Positions 36,999-50,073 of a DNA stretch of 64,000 nt are shown here, piece after piece. The translations under genes and the position numbers were made by a program. The stretch lies in assembly GCA_965153285.1 (NCBI GenBank), contig OZ229116.1. One strand, given 5' to 3'. The notes beneath the pieces were generated by a model. It made no database searches. It had not been told where the DNA came from and saw nothing but the letters and a program-made list of their open reading frames with translations. The stretch's first letter is position 1; each line of letters starts with the position of its first letter. This DNA is from Podarcis tiliguerta (taxonomy: Eukaryota).

Positions 36999-39354
36999 GT
37001 CTCTCTCTCTTTCTCTCCGTCCCTCTCTCAGTATCTGGTAGTAGATTCCTCAGGGGTTTTTTTAGAGTTCTCATAGAATTTTAATTTTTTTTATGCTGAG
37101 GTGGAGAGCCAACACAGGAAATGTGTGGTTTTCATATGTTCTTTCTTTTTTGACATGAATAATGTATATGGCTAAGATGGGAAGAGTTGGAAAAACTGCA
37201 CATTATAATGACAAGATATATAATTTCAAAACATAATGCCAATCCACCTATCCAAGTAACCTGCAAAATATTTGAATATTCAAAAGTTTTGGTATTGGGC
37301 TGTCTATATCATTTTGTAAATCATACAACAGTACGTCTACATGAAAAAAACCTATCATGGGTGCAATCTATCATATTTTTTCCTGCACAATTTTCCTTTA
37401 AACAAACAAATGTATTTTTTTTTAATGAACCAAAGTTGTGCAAGAGCAACCTGGTAGGTAGATATTGCCTTGTGTGTGTCTATATATTCTAGTTGCTTTT
37501 GCTACTAAAGCATCCTCTTATGTTCCGTACCAATCTTACAGAACAGTCCTAACCATGTCTGCTTAGAAGTTAAATCTTATTGGACTCATTGGGGTTTACT
37601 CCCAGGTAAGTCGGGTTAGGATTGCATCCTTAGATGTTGGAGAGCCTGTGGAGTGTTGGGGATGGGCTATTGAACTTGAACTGCAGATGATGTATGTCCA
37701 GATTTTGCTCAGTGATGAACTGAATGGTCTAATCACTTTTGGACCTTGCTTTGGGATGAGGTAGCCTCTTATACCCCATCAAAGTGAATCAGTCAACTGA
37801 CTTCCAATATCTTTTATTTTCTGTTTACAGCAGGTAATTGTGTGCAGGTATTTGGGGCGGTTTTCTCACATCAAAGTATATTCTGACCATGCTATCCTTG
37901 CTTGGTTACAATGCTGAGGTTATTTATAGGCCAGTGGTGTAGAATATGACCATTTTATGAAAAAAAAAATCTGGAAAGGGAATTGGTACCATATACACAT
38001 TTGAGATATAATTGTATGCATAATTAGAAAGAATCTAATAAACCTAGTGTCTTGTTCCCTATTTCCTTTATATTTTCAAGGCTTCCAAGATCTGTGCTTA
38101 GGATTTTGCAAAGGTTAGAATTTTATACCGGTTGGGTGCTTAGTGATCAAAAACTGAGAGGAGAAAAAACAGCTTTTTTTCTGGCACACTAGGAAAGTGG
38201 ACTCCTGAATGGAGAGGTAGCCAAAAATCTTATTTCCTTCCCCAGACTCTGAGTTGGTACTTGGTAAGATGTTTTAATGAGCGCTGGCAGTTCCCCAAAA
38301 AGCAGAGTTGAATGGTACATGAAGTACTCAAGTGATAGACCAGACAGGTTGTGTAGAAGGGATTGTAAAGGGGTTTCAAGAGTTGACTGTTTCACCTCCT
38401 GTAGAAATCAATGCTTGTATAAGACAGTAAAAAACACATCGGTTTGCAGAAGCAACTGATAAGGTGGCAATGCCAGCCTTGTTTGGAAGTTCATCTCATT
38501 GCATTGAAAGAAAGCAGGGCTGTGCTGGCTAACTGTGCCCCAACTTGCACCCTAGCTAGCCCTGCCAACGACATCTGCACATGCAGCACAAATGTCTGTG
38601 GGAAGAGAGCATTCTCATATGCAGCTGTATTATGTGAAGGCTTTCATACACTGTGGGACCCACAGAAAACCACAGTAGGTCCCACATTAGGTGGTCCTCA
38701 TAATTTTCTTCTGAGGCTTTACAGCAGCACTTTTTTCAAATTAAGAAGGTGTGCCCATATTTCTGTGTGGTAAACCTCCCCTGAAACTGCCTACATATTT
38801 AAATACTCGGGTGTATTGAGGGAGGCACTATAGACACTTGCATTCCCCTCTCTTCCTCCCTCAGCTGCTAGAGGGAGTGAGATGAGAGTCCTATAGACTA
38901 GCAGGTAGGAAAGCCTGGAAGATGTCTCCCTTGGTGACGGAGCATTTTAAAGGGGTAGTCACCATCTCCGGTGAGGAAACTAAACACTGTATTTGGTGTT
39001 CTGGTCCTCCTCTCAAGGTGAGATAATTTAGGCTTCTTGCTTCTTTACCTAAGTGTTCTGTGGAACTGTTGGGACTACTTGGAGAGGACAGAGCAGATGC
39101 AACGACCGCATAATACAGATCAGTGTTTAAAAAGGGACAGGGAAGCTGTGGCTCTCCTGATGTTGGTCTCCAACTCCCATCAGTTCCAACCTAGCTTGGC
39201 CAGTGGTTGGGACTGATTAGAGTTGGAGTTCAACAACTTCTTAAAGACCACAGCTTCCCCATCCCTCCTCTGAGTAATGTAGTTGTATTCTCTAGGTAAA
39301 GCTAAGTCTTGAGTCCCATCAGGGGAAAAGGTGGGGTATAAATATATTATTATG

Positions 39355-39357
<3 letters not shown>

Positions 39358-39390
<33 letters not shown>
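39358..39390. repeat. (AAT)n microsatellite
   Basis: 11 perfect AAT units. Confidence 0.95.
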
Positions 39391-39392
<2 letters not shown>

Positions 39393-39483
39393 TAGTTGGG
39401 GAATATATGTCCGAGATTAGCTTTTTAAACTCATCACACAGCTCCACATCCTGACTTTCATTTTATGAAGTTGCTGTAAGGAA

Positions 39484-39626
39484 ATAGAATCTTAGAATTA
39501 CAGATCCCTGAGGATGATTTAGTCAAATTCCCGGCAATGCAGGAATATGCAGCTGTCCCATACATGGATTGAACCTGCGACCTTGCTGTTATCAGCACCA
39601 TGCTTTAACCAACTGAACTATTCAGG
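39484..39626 (-). mobile_element. Short SINE: tRNA-Ile(GAT)-like head with CR1-type tail
   Basis: Homologous to 16546-16694. Confidence 0.7.
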
Positions 39627-40338
39627 CGTGCACACATATATTTCATCCCTTATAATGAGAGCCTCATGATGTGTCTTTATTTGTCACTGATAGATCTAAT
39701 GCTGGACTTTTTGTTGGGCTCAGTCTATAGCCACCAGCTTTTCCGGAGATCAGTGGTCCACGACAGATCTACAAAACTCGATCCTAGGAAAGCTGCAAAC
39801 ATATATCAGTTTCACAAAACTGCACAGGGACAATGCAATGCTGACGGTTCTCCAAAGTAAATCAAGCCAGCGGCACTCCCACACCCTGCCGAAAACGTAC
39901 AAGGAAGCCCTAATGTTCCATACTGGCATAAGGCAAAGTGGAAAGTTGTGGGTGTTGTTGATTCTGCTACCAAATATTTTGATACCAATTACAGAGCGGT
40001 GCAGCTAGGGATGTTTTCAGCACAGTTATGAGACAGAAGTACAAATACTGAGTCAGATCATAAAAGTGCAGAAAATCGCTTGCACCACAACAGATGTATA
40101 ACAGCAGACGCTTATGTATAGCAGAATATGAATCAGAGAGGCCAGGCACAACACTGCATTTTATGTAGATGGTTGTGGCTTATGTCTTGCATGTGGAGGA
40201 GTAGGAATGAATGATTAAAACAAAAATATTCTGAAGATCTGCTACTGTCTTGCTCTGTTTCTTATAATGCAAGCAACGAGGAAATGGGTGGCCCTCCAGA
40301 TGTTCGACTCTAGCTCCCATCAGTCCAAGATAGCTTTG

Positions 40339-40899
40339 TGTATGGGCAATCTATCCCAAATATATTTGTGTTTAGAGGAGTTTAGTGATCTAACTTGGTT
40401 GCCCTCTTCCTGCCCCTGTTCCTTCCTTTTCTTCCTCTCTAAGCTCTTTGATGGCTGAAGAACGGCCTTTAATTTCCTAGTCCTAATCTGTTGGAAGAAA
40501 GTGATAGTGCTGAATACCTTCAACTTCTTTGATGTTAGACGTTGTTTGAAGAAAGTAAGGCATTGGGAGATGTGGTTAATGAATAATCTGCATGTAGCTA
40601 GTAGCATGTAGGCTGTCAGGCAAGCCACGCAGGCTAACAGGTTAGCTATCTATAAATCGGGTACAGTTTTTAGAAGCTCATGCACAGACTGATCAATCAC
40701 AGGGCCCTGCAAACTGAGGCTACTTGTGGGAGTCGCTTCACCACTTCTTGAGGGCTTCCAAGCGGCAGATCGAAGTGCTTGTTTGGTAATGTATATAATG
40801 CTTGCTGTTTAGAATAAAATACTTAATCTTCTCACTCACTTGTGTTTGTATTGCCTCTGATTCTCATTTTAAATGAGCCACCTTGCATTTGGCAAGACA
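40339..40899 (+). mobile_element. Solo LTR (ERV or LTR retrotransposon), 561 bp
   Basis: TGT...ACA termini, 5-bp TSD CTTTG (40334-38 and 40900-04), TATAAAT at 40651, AATAAA at 40813. It interrupts a short MITE. Confidence 0.75.
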
Positions 40900-41823
40900 C
40901 TTTGTCAGGGATGATAGGAGTTTCTACCCCAGCAAAAACTGGGGAACCACAGACCGCCATGGAATTTTCACAATGAATTGTGTGGGTTTTTTTTGGTTTT
41001 TTAAAAAATGTAAACTGATGTGGAAATGTGGAGAATGGAATTTAAGATTGGAAAAATGAGAAACCGAGATTGACATATTCACCCATCCCTTGTGATTATC
41101 ACTACCATGCCGCCATCCTCCCCTTGATGTCCTCCTATCTCCAATCACCCAATGGGTGGTGCAAAGCTGAGCAACTGCCCTCCAGGCACCTGCAGATCTC
41201 CACATCATTGCTATCCCCATTATACTTTTTCCAAGAAAAGCTGTAATTTGTGTTTACGTCCAGTTTAACAATCCAGTCCGGGTGGCTGCATCCTAGTACG
41301 CCTTGAAGCTTCCCTTGTAGTTTTGAAGAGACAACAGCATCCTGTCCTGTCTCTTGTTAAATGGCTGTCATGTTATTTATTTTTAGAGGTTGAAGTTAGC
41401 CTCATGGATAGATGGAAGCAGTTTGGGATTCTTAGCATTTGTGCAGAGCCTTTTACTATCTTCACACAAGTTGGATTAAGCCTCCTGCTTGAGGAGCTGT
41501 CAGCCTGAATGCCCTCAGAAATTAAGCTTTCACAGTTTTCCATCTGGGTCTTGGATGAAGCTGAAAAAACTGTTTCAAATTGCCTGTACCATTTACTTAG
41601 AGAGAAAATTAAAGTCATACACACACCTGCTAAATGGTTATATTAGAGTCTTTCCAGATGATAAAAAGCCGATAACCTCCCCCCACCTCAAAAAAAATAA
41701 GTTTTTTACTAAAAAGAAAAGGAAAAAACAACAACCAACATTTCCCTGATCAAGTGCATAGCAGCAGAATATCCTATTCTACGTAATGAACAGTGGGCAG
41801 GGGAAGAACCTATGCACTACCTT

Positions 41824-42180
41824 AAAAGGTAAAGGACCCCTGATAGTTAAGTCCAGTCGCGAACGACTCTGGAGTTGTGGTGCTCATCTCGCTTTACTGG
41901 CCGAGGGAGCCGGTGTTTGTCCGCAGACGGTTTTTCCGGGTCATGTGGCCAGCATGACTAAGCCACTTCTGGCGAACCAGAGCAGTGCACGGAAACGCCG
42001 CTTACGTTCCCGCCGGAGTACTACCTATTTATCTACTTGCACCTTGACGTGCTTTTGAGCTGCTAGGTTGGCTGGAGCAGGGATCGAGCAACGGGAGCTC
42101 ACCCCATCGTGGGGATTCGAACCGTCGACCTTCCATTCGGCAAGCCCAAGAGGCTCAGTGGTTTAGACCACAGCGCCACC
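41824..42180 (-). mobile_element. Sauria SINE
   Basis: Highly similar to 8395-8760, with AAAGGT tail and GGTGGCGCTGTGG head. Confidence 0.9.
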
Positions 42181-44420
42181 TAATTAAATGCAAGAGAAAT
42201 GCTCTGAAGAGTGGACAGGATTAAAACAAAGTAGCATTATAAAAGTAAAGCAAAGGGAGAACAGAAATTGGTGGAATGCTTTGGAAAGGGCCAGCCAAAA
42301 GCATTGTGTTGCTTGAAGCACATGACAAGACAACACAGTCCACCTGCCTCATTCCATATCCAAAGCTGACCACACTGGCAACTGAATCTTATTTTGACAC
42401 TGGCAATGGGGCACTCATCCACCTCTGCACTTGAGGGCAGAATTCTAGCTTAGAGGGTACAGGGCAGATCATGTGTGTCATGCACAGCTCTGTTTCTGTT
42501 GCTCAGCATCTGCTGCCTGAGGTGGCTGCCTCTCTTTGTCTAATAGTAGGACTGGTCCTGGCCAGGGGAGTAGACTTCCACATAGCCAATACTCTCCCAC
42601 CCCACTTGTGTTTAAAATAGTTACATGAGTCAGGTTGTGTCAGTGATTGTATCTGGTTATCTGTGTCAGGGGAGGGGCTGGTGGACACAGTCCCACTCTC
42701 CCTCCCTCAGCATTTACTGCATGCATGGGGGGAGGGGAGCTATTCTTGAGCACAGCCTTTCTATGAATTGTGTCTTCTGCCATGGATACATTGATTGCTC
42801 TTGAGTCTAGTCACCACCTCAGATGTAAACCAGTGTTTTGCTGTCCACTGTATTTATAGTCTGGGGGAGGTATATTTTACCTCAGACTGGCAAGGGGGAA
42901 AATACCCTGAGCTATTCTTGGCCCTTGGGGGGGGGGAATATATTTTGTTACAAATAGCCTTTGACAACTCTAGGTTCAGTTTCTTCCTTTTAAAAAAAGC
43001 TTTTGCCAAAGACCTTGTGGAGTGCCCGATTCCATTCATATTCTCCAACAGGGTTTATTTCACTTGGGTGATTATCACATAACCATCTTCTATGTGCAAC
43101 GGAATTAACAGAGATTCCATTTGTTGAAATCATATGGAGACTGCAACTGTACTCTGCCTTATTACCAAATGAGTACAGCATGCCCTTCAATAATTCTCTA
43201 AACTCTCAAATGCCTTGGAAATAATATGCTGGAATATTACTGAACTGTGACTGAAGCACCATTTGTGCTAAATGTGACAGTGCACAAATGATATTCCTCA
43301 ATAAAAGTTCAAACTACATTAATCTTTCACAGAGGTTCATTGACCAGGAAGATGCCTTAGATACAAAATAAACTGGGGACGGCCCCTTTGAAATTACTTC
43401 TACACATTTTTGCTGTGTCTGTTTTTCAGAATCATATACATTAATTTCTCCCTTATATGCATAATTTTAGCATGGGACATTCTAAAAAGCAATAAATTAT
43501 ATTGTTTCTACATCAGTATTAGCAAAAACATTAGGTCTCTGTTTGTAATACAGAAATCCCTCTTGGATCATGCTATCATTAAATATAATGTGTAATAGTC
43601 GGCAATGTAATATACTTCTTATTTTCATTCCTTTGGGAAGAGCAGACATAACTCACTAGCAGATTTGCTCTCCTTGGCTAGATTGAGTTACAACCATTCC
43701 TAGCACAGGGGTGGGGGGAGAGAAGGGTTTATTGTGCTTGCAGTTAGACATTCTTTCTTATGTTTGCTATACAACCCCCTAGCATCACACATAGAGGTCT
43801 TCCTACACTACTTTTAGGAGAAAATACGTACTCAATGCAAGAACACATATTATAAAAGGGAATTAGTGCAAACAGTCTGTGCAATCTGTAATGTCTGAAG
43901 CCTGGCAAAATATTCACCACTTGTGTTTGCTATGCACTTCTTTTCCTTTATGGAAATGGTACATGTGGTGACAATGACCATATAAGTTCCTTAGGGATAA
44001 ATAAGCTGTTTCCTGACATTGGCAATGGTGTGTGTGCATACAATTTCTTGAACATGTCAACAGCCTGCAGTCTCTGAAAATATGGACATATCTGCAATTG
44101 ATCACCCAATGCTGGTGCACGTTTTTAACACTGGGCTAACAGTATAGTAAGCTTGTCCAAAATTCAAAGTGTTTAAGGCCTATCAATAGCCATGAAGCAT
44201 TGAAGAACAGTGTGTTCCATACAAACTCACCCAGTTTTGGATGGAAGAAGCATTGCTCAGGGGTGGATTACATGCTTTGCATACACAAGGTCCTGTCCTT
44301 GACCTCACTAGCTAAATGTTCAGGGAGCAGATGGTGGGTAAGTTTCCCACCCATGCTGCAGCTAATTCCCTTGTGCCAATGGAAAACTTTATTTTGTGAC
44401 TTATTAACCTCATTAATTTA

Positions 44421-44685
44421 CATTTAAAGCAGTATCACACCACTTGAAGCGGTCATAGCTTCCACAAAAACATCTTGGGAACTGTAGTTTGTCAAGGATG
44501 CAGAGAGTGTTAGCCAACTCCTATTCCCCTCACAGAGCGTCTTCCCAGGAAACTGGAAATTGTAGTTCTTTGAGGAGAAGAACAACTCTCAGTACCCTAC
44601 CTACCCTACCCTACCAGGGTTATTTGAGGCAAAGCCATGATGGTTAAAAGTGGTATGATATGGTATTTAATGGATAGTGCAGATA
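44421..44685. mobile_element. Palindromic non-autonomous DNA element (degraded MITE)
   Basis: Inverted ends catttaaagcagtatcacaccactt / aagtggtatgatatggtatttaatg and internal TGGGAACTGTAGTTT-like repeats. Confidence 0.5.
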
Positions 44686-47441
44686 TACTGATGTTATATA
44701 AAATGTTTAACCCTGAGTGAGATAGAGCGAGAGAGAGAGAGAGAGAGGGGGGGGGGAGGGAGAAATTAACGGAAGAGCAGCTCTTTCAGGAAGCCAACTG
44801 ACTAGGGATATTCAGCTGCTCCTGATAAAGATGAGTAACAACATTTTTGTTCCCTCATGAGCTTTACTCATGGAATGTTTCTAGTCAAATGCAGCGCAAT
44901 ACATTCCTTCCTACACTCTATATTATGAGCTGTATTGGGTGAGAAAATTATTAATATGCAGGTGGGCGGTAAGTAAATATTTAACAATATTTGTCTTGAT
45001 GAGCCTTGCATGAAAATGAAATATTTGATCTGCGATATTACTTAATTTCCTGCATTCCTCTCCTCCACTACACACCTAGGCCTAAAGGGATTTTGGACTT
45101 GTGTTCCTCGAGCAGCAGCTTCTCAGGCCACATAGGACATCAGTTTTGAAACGAGGAATGATCCTTCAAATATAGTTTGTGATTTGGCATTGGGAGCCGC
45201 CTCCTGTTGAAAGACAACTTTCAAAATCATATTCTATGTTAAGGACTCGGATTGAATGGTGTGAGGAGTAACACTTCCACTTATGTGGGTGGTTTCCTCA
45301 TATCGGACAGTTTTCTATCAAGGAGTCCCTTCTGCCTCATCCAATATCATTTCCATGCCTATTGGGGGAAGCTTTGGAGGCGAGTGGGAGCAATGCAGGG
45401 ACTGCAACAGGAAGGAGGAAGCAAGAAAAGTTCATTGTGTGAGCAGAACTACACTTAGGAGGCTACCACTGGTACATCAACCTAGTATCTTCTACGGCTA
45501 TGCTGAGTACAATGGCTTTGATGATTTCTGATGAGTTTGTTCCCCTTGCCCTGCCTAGAAAAAGGACTGAACCAAGGGCCTTCTGAAGGCAAAACATGTG
45601 TGCTACCATGTCTATGCCTTCATTTTTATGCAGTTTTATGGGCTCAAGCCAGACTGCAGAGGAACATCACTAAAAAGACTGGAGAACATCCTTTTAGAAG
45701 GACTACAAAACACGATTGTTTTTATCCACATTTTTCTACCCTCTTCTCCGAATGAAATATTTATGATGATGATAATTATAATAAATCCCTGCTTCAGTTA
45801 GCTAAATGCTGTTCCTCCAGATGTTGTTGAACCAACTCCCATCATCCCAAGCCAGCATGACTACTTTTCAGTCCAACAACATCAGGAGCACCACAGATAC
45901 CAAACCTCTGCTTTAGAGCCTTCTCCTTTCTAAGCAAAACTGTCATTGCTATTCTGTACCATTCTGTGCATCCCAACCCACAGGTTAGAATGAATCTTGA
46001 CACTTGTATGGGGCCGATGTGGACAACAGAGATAGTGATACTGTTCTTGGAGTAAGTAAGATGACACTAAGCTAAGTATTTTGAAAACTTGGGCATGCCA
46101 GCTTTCCTGGCATGAATTTTCTAAGGAGATGCAGCCCGTGGTGATGTCTCCCTCCCTCGAAGAAGAACAAAAAACCCAGGAGGAATGATCCTTCAACCAA
46201 ATGAATCTTGTAAACAGTCTTTGAATAAAAGAAGCAAATTCCATCTGCCATTCTACCTCCCACGAAATCGAAAAAAGAGGCTACATTTCTCCAACTGAGC
46301 GGAAGTCTCTGATTGCTAGGCATGAGGTCTAATTGATCACAGTGGAACATGGGGCTGAATTCTTTGCTTTTGGAAACCGCTGGCATAGATTTAAGTGCAG
46401 GATGGGGGGCATGAAACCATGAATGATTTATTGGTGAGCTCTAGATCATCTCTCAGAAGGTGAGTTCAACGGCTTCACTTAAAAGATTAACCACCTAATC
46501 CTAGAACAGCAATTACAGCAAGAGCAACCTTATTAGGCAAAACACATTACATAATTTAGAGTGCTAACTCTATTGATAAATCTATTCAGCAAAGCTGAAC
46601 TCGTGGCACACAGGCAAGTGGTTAACCCTTCTCATCTTTTGACGATCATGAATCAGTGGCCTGGTGCATTAGTGAATTTCCATGTGATGTGTTTTGCAAA
46701 TTGCATTTGCAAATGCACATTTCCCCTGTATATGTGTCACATCTGTGATGTTTTGTGTGTGTGCATGCATTCAAAGTGTTTCCCATCTATATTGCATTAA
46801 TACAATGATCTTCGCAAGGAACCATAAAAATTCTAGGTAAAACAACAATGATGGTCTTGGTCTATCTACTCCTTGCATTAAGAGGGAAGTGAAGAAGGCA
46901 AAACTGAGGGAGGGTAGGCATGCTTGGGAATGTTTTAGGCACAAGTGGCAGGTGATTAATTGTTATTGACATTTCTTTCCTGTCCTTACTTGCAAAGAAG
47001 TTAAGGGTGGCAGAGCAGCAAAAGGATGAAATAAAAAGTATAATAAAAATATTTTAAAAGAACTTCTAAAAAAGTTTTAAAACAGCCACTTCTACTCACA
47101 GCGAACAACACATAGGCAGGAAGGCTAGCCTCTGCTAAATACCAGATTTCTGTGGTCAAAAATATCTGAATTCTGCAACCCGAATACATAATGCAACTTT
47201 TAAAACATTCTTTATTGAAAAATAAGAAGTATAAATTGTAAGTGCACAAGGTAAAATAAGACAATAAAATAACACCCGTATAAAAAACAAACAAAAACTA
47301 TAAACATTACATGATTATTATTGTAGTTATCTTAAACCTAACCTAATACAGTGTTTATAAAAATGAATTTCAAATATCATTAAATTTGTTCATGGTGAGT
47401 CTATTATTCTACGTGACTTGTTAATGTGTTGCAAGTTTGTA

Positions 47442-47694
47442 CAGTCATACCTCGAGTTGAATGTGCTTCGGGTTGAGCACGTTTGAGTTGCGCTCTGCGG
47501 CAACCCTGAAGTAATGGAGTGCGTTACTTCCGGATTTTGCCGCTCGCGCAGATGCTCAAAATGACATCGCGCGCATGTGCGGAAGCGGTGAAACGTGACC
47601 TGCGCACGGGCCGTTGCACCATCACATCTTGAGTTCCATTCGGGATGCGAACGGGGCTCCGGAAGGGATCCTGTTTGCATCCTGAGTTACTTTA
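47442..47694. mobile_element. Tigger/mariner-like MITE, inverted relative to 10772-11025
   Basis: TA-CAGTCATACCTCGAGTT start, shared GTTACTTCC(G)G and GCGCATGTGC interior, degenerate right end. Confidence 0.7.
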
Positions 47695-49762
47695 CATATA
47701 TTCTATCCGATCCCTTGTTTCCAAAGGGATTAATCAACCCATTAATCACTTGAAGATCACAGCCCTATTTTAAATGCATCTTCAATTAAGGGCTATAACT
47801 TGGGTTTTAATATATATATATAAAGCCCTAATATAATAAAGCATTTTAGGATTCTCAGAAAGAACAACAAGACCAACCTGGTCCCATCTATCAGCCAGGA
47901 AGGAATCAGCTTCAGGGAGCGTTTTATAGCCTCTACTAGATAGAACACTTACAAGAACTTTGTAACTCTAAGAAGTAATGCCTGAGATTTCCCCCTCCTA
48001 CATCTCAACCCCTTTCCTTTTTGTTGTGTTCCTTAGATTGTAAAAAATCGTCTTAAGTGTCTTATTATTGACCATTGCAAGCTACTCTGAGAACCTTTAA
48101 AATTAATAGAATTTAATAGAATTGTAGCACATGAAGGACAGAGGAAGGCATTGAAGAAGAAGTCAGAAATAATGCTAAAAGGGTGCATTCCCCTTCTGTG
48201 TCCTTTCTATGTAAAACAAATCTCTGCTGTGTTTGAGTATTCCCTGGTGGCATGTCTCTTCTCCTGCAGAGCTTCAGTTCAGTAGCCTCAAATGATGACA
48301 TGTGTCCCTGCCTATGAGAGCTTTTGGCTGAGGCTGAGCAAGTTTCTGGTAAGACAGATGTTCACCCTTTGGATATATAACAGGAAATTCATCTGATGTC
48401 TCATCAGCACAAAACCGATGGTGTGGTTCAACTTTAGAGGCCTTGCATCCTATGCAAACATGTGCATTGATTACTTTGAAAAGGGAATGATGGTTTCAAA
48501 TGGGATTAAAAACAACCAAACCCCACCATGTCCCCCAAACCCAGCCTTGTTGCAATTCCATTGGCAGAGCTTTGTCTCTGCATTCGTCATCACCTTGGGC
48601 AAAAGTAAAAAAAAAATCCAATTTTCTGGAATGCCCCTTTCAGCCAAAGCAAACAGCCACACGGCTGATTCCACACTTCAAGAGTTGGGCTAAATTATTC
48701 CTTCGAGAGCCAGTGTATAAATTGGCTCAAATTCAGAGAAACATGACCCTACCAGAAGACCTCATCAGCATCACCTGTACTTTAACATGCGGCCTAATAA
48801 ACAGTCAGGCCGTTTCAATTTTCAGGACTACTTTAGTACGATTTCTCTACCAAGGGGCTGCCTAAAATGATCATCTATGGATTGCCTGGGTCTCAAAAAA
48901 CGTTGGGAGAAAGAAGTTTTACAGGCTGACCTAGATCTGCTCCAAAACAAATTGGTTCTGAGTTCATTTCTATGGGGCACACAACATGCTTTTTGAATCT
49001 CATGTTCCACCCTGCTTCCAAGCTAAGTATATATCTTTTTTACTAAGATATTTCTATTTTGCTGGGTAATATTTTCTTAAAAAAATAAATAAAGTTGTAA
49101 ACGCTGGGAGGGGAGGAAGTAAGGGAGTGTAATACTTCCTATTTTTAAATTTGTTGTGACTTAACTTCTGAGACAATGCAGAAAAGCTTAAAACAGGCTG
49201 ACACTGTTGCCGTAACAAAAGAAACTAAGCCTGAACATCATTATACTAATTGGGCTAACTAATCCCTTGATTTCTCTGCACTCCAGATGTTTTCCTTGAG
49301 AGCCGACAGAGGGAGAGAGCAAGTACCTGTTTTGCAGATATTTAATCTCAGTTCCTTTGAGTGTTCACAGTCAGAGAATAACTCCATGTGGCACTAGAGC
49401 CATATGAAAAGAAGCCCTGGCAGTCGTTTGCAGCTCTGCACTGCAGAACCTTTTCAAGGTTTGGGGCAGTTTTGCAACAGGAAAGGGCAGGAAGGCTTGG
49501 TGCACTTAACCAATTCACTACCAGCTTTTTTTCTCCAAAACTGCCATTCCCAAACCCAAGAAAAACACACCACTTCACACCTGGTATTTGACATCTAAGA
49601 TATTTATTATAGGACCCACCTTATTTTCTTTAACCAAATGTATACACTGCTTGATTGTAGTAAATCTCTAAGTGCTTTACGAGAAATATTTAAATTCATC
49701 AAGAAAAACAGTTTAAAAACAAGTAATTAAAAACATTTAAAAGGTAATTAAAATTAACAGTA

Positions 49763-50073
49763 CAGTGGTACCTCGGGTTACAAACGCTTCAGGTTACAGA
49801 CTCTGCTAACCTGGAAGTAATACCTTGGGTTAAGAACTTTACCTCAGGATGAGAACAGAAATCACGCGGTGGCAGCGGGAGGCCCCATTAGCTAAGGGTG
49901 GCTGCCCTGCCCCCCCCCCCGTTGCTCTGTTACTCCATAGCGCTAAATATTCCTGACAAGTCAGGAAACCAAAGCAGTTTTTCTTTGGCTTCCCCCCTCC
50001 TCGATAAAAGTTAATTTGGGGGCGCTGGGCAGATCTTTGCACCCTGGCGGCGCATATGCTAAAGACGGCCCTG
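49763..50073. mobile_element. Composite: left half of a CAGTGGTACCTC mariner MITE joined to a hAT-like right end
   Basis: 49763 to about 49900 matches the 24031 family up to GGCCCCATTAGCTAA. It then switches at a C-run to sequence ending GCTAAAGACGGCCCTG. Confidence 0.6.
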
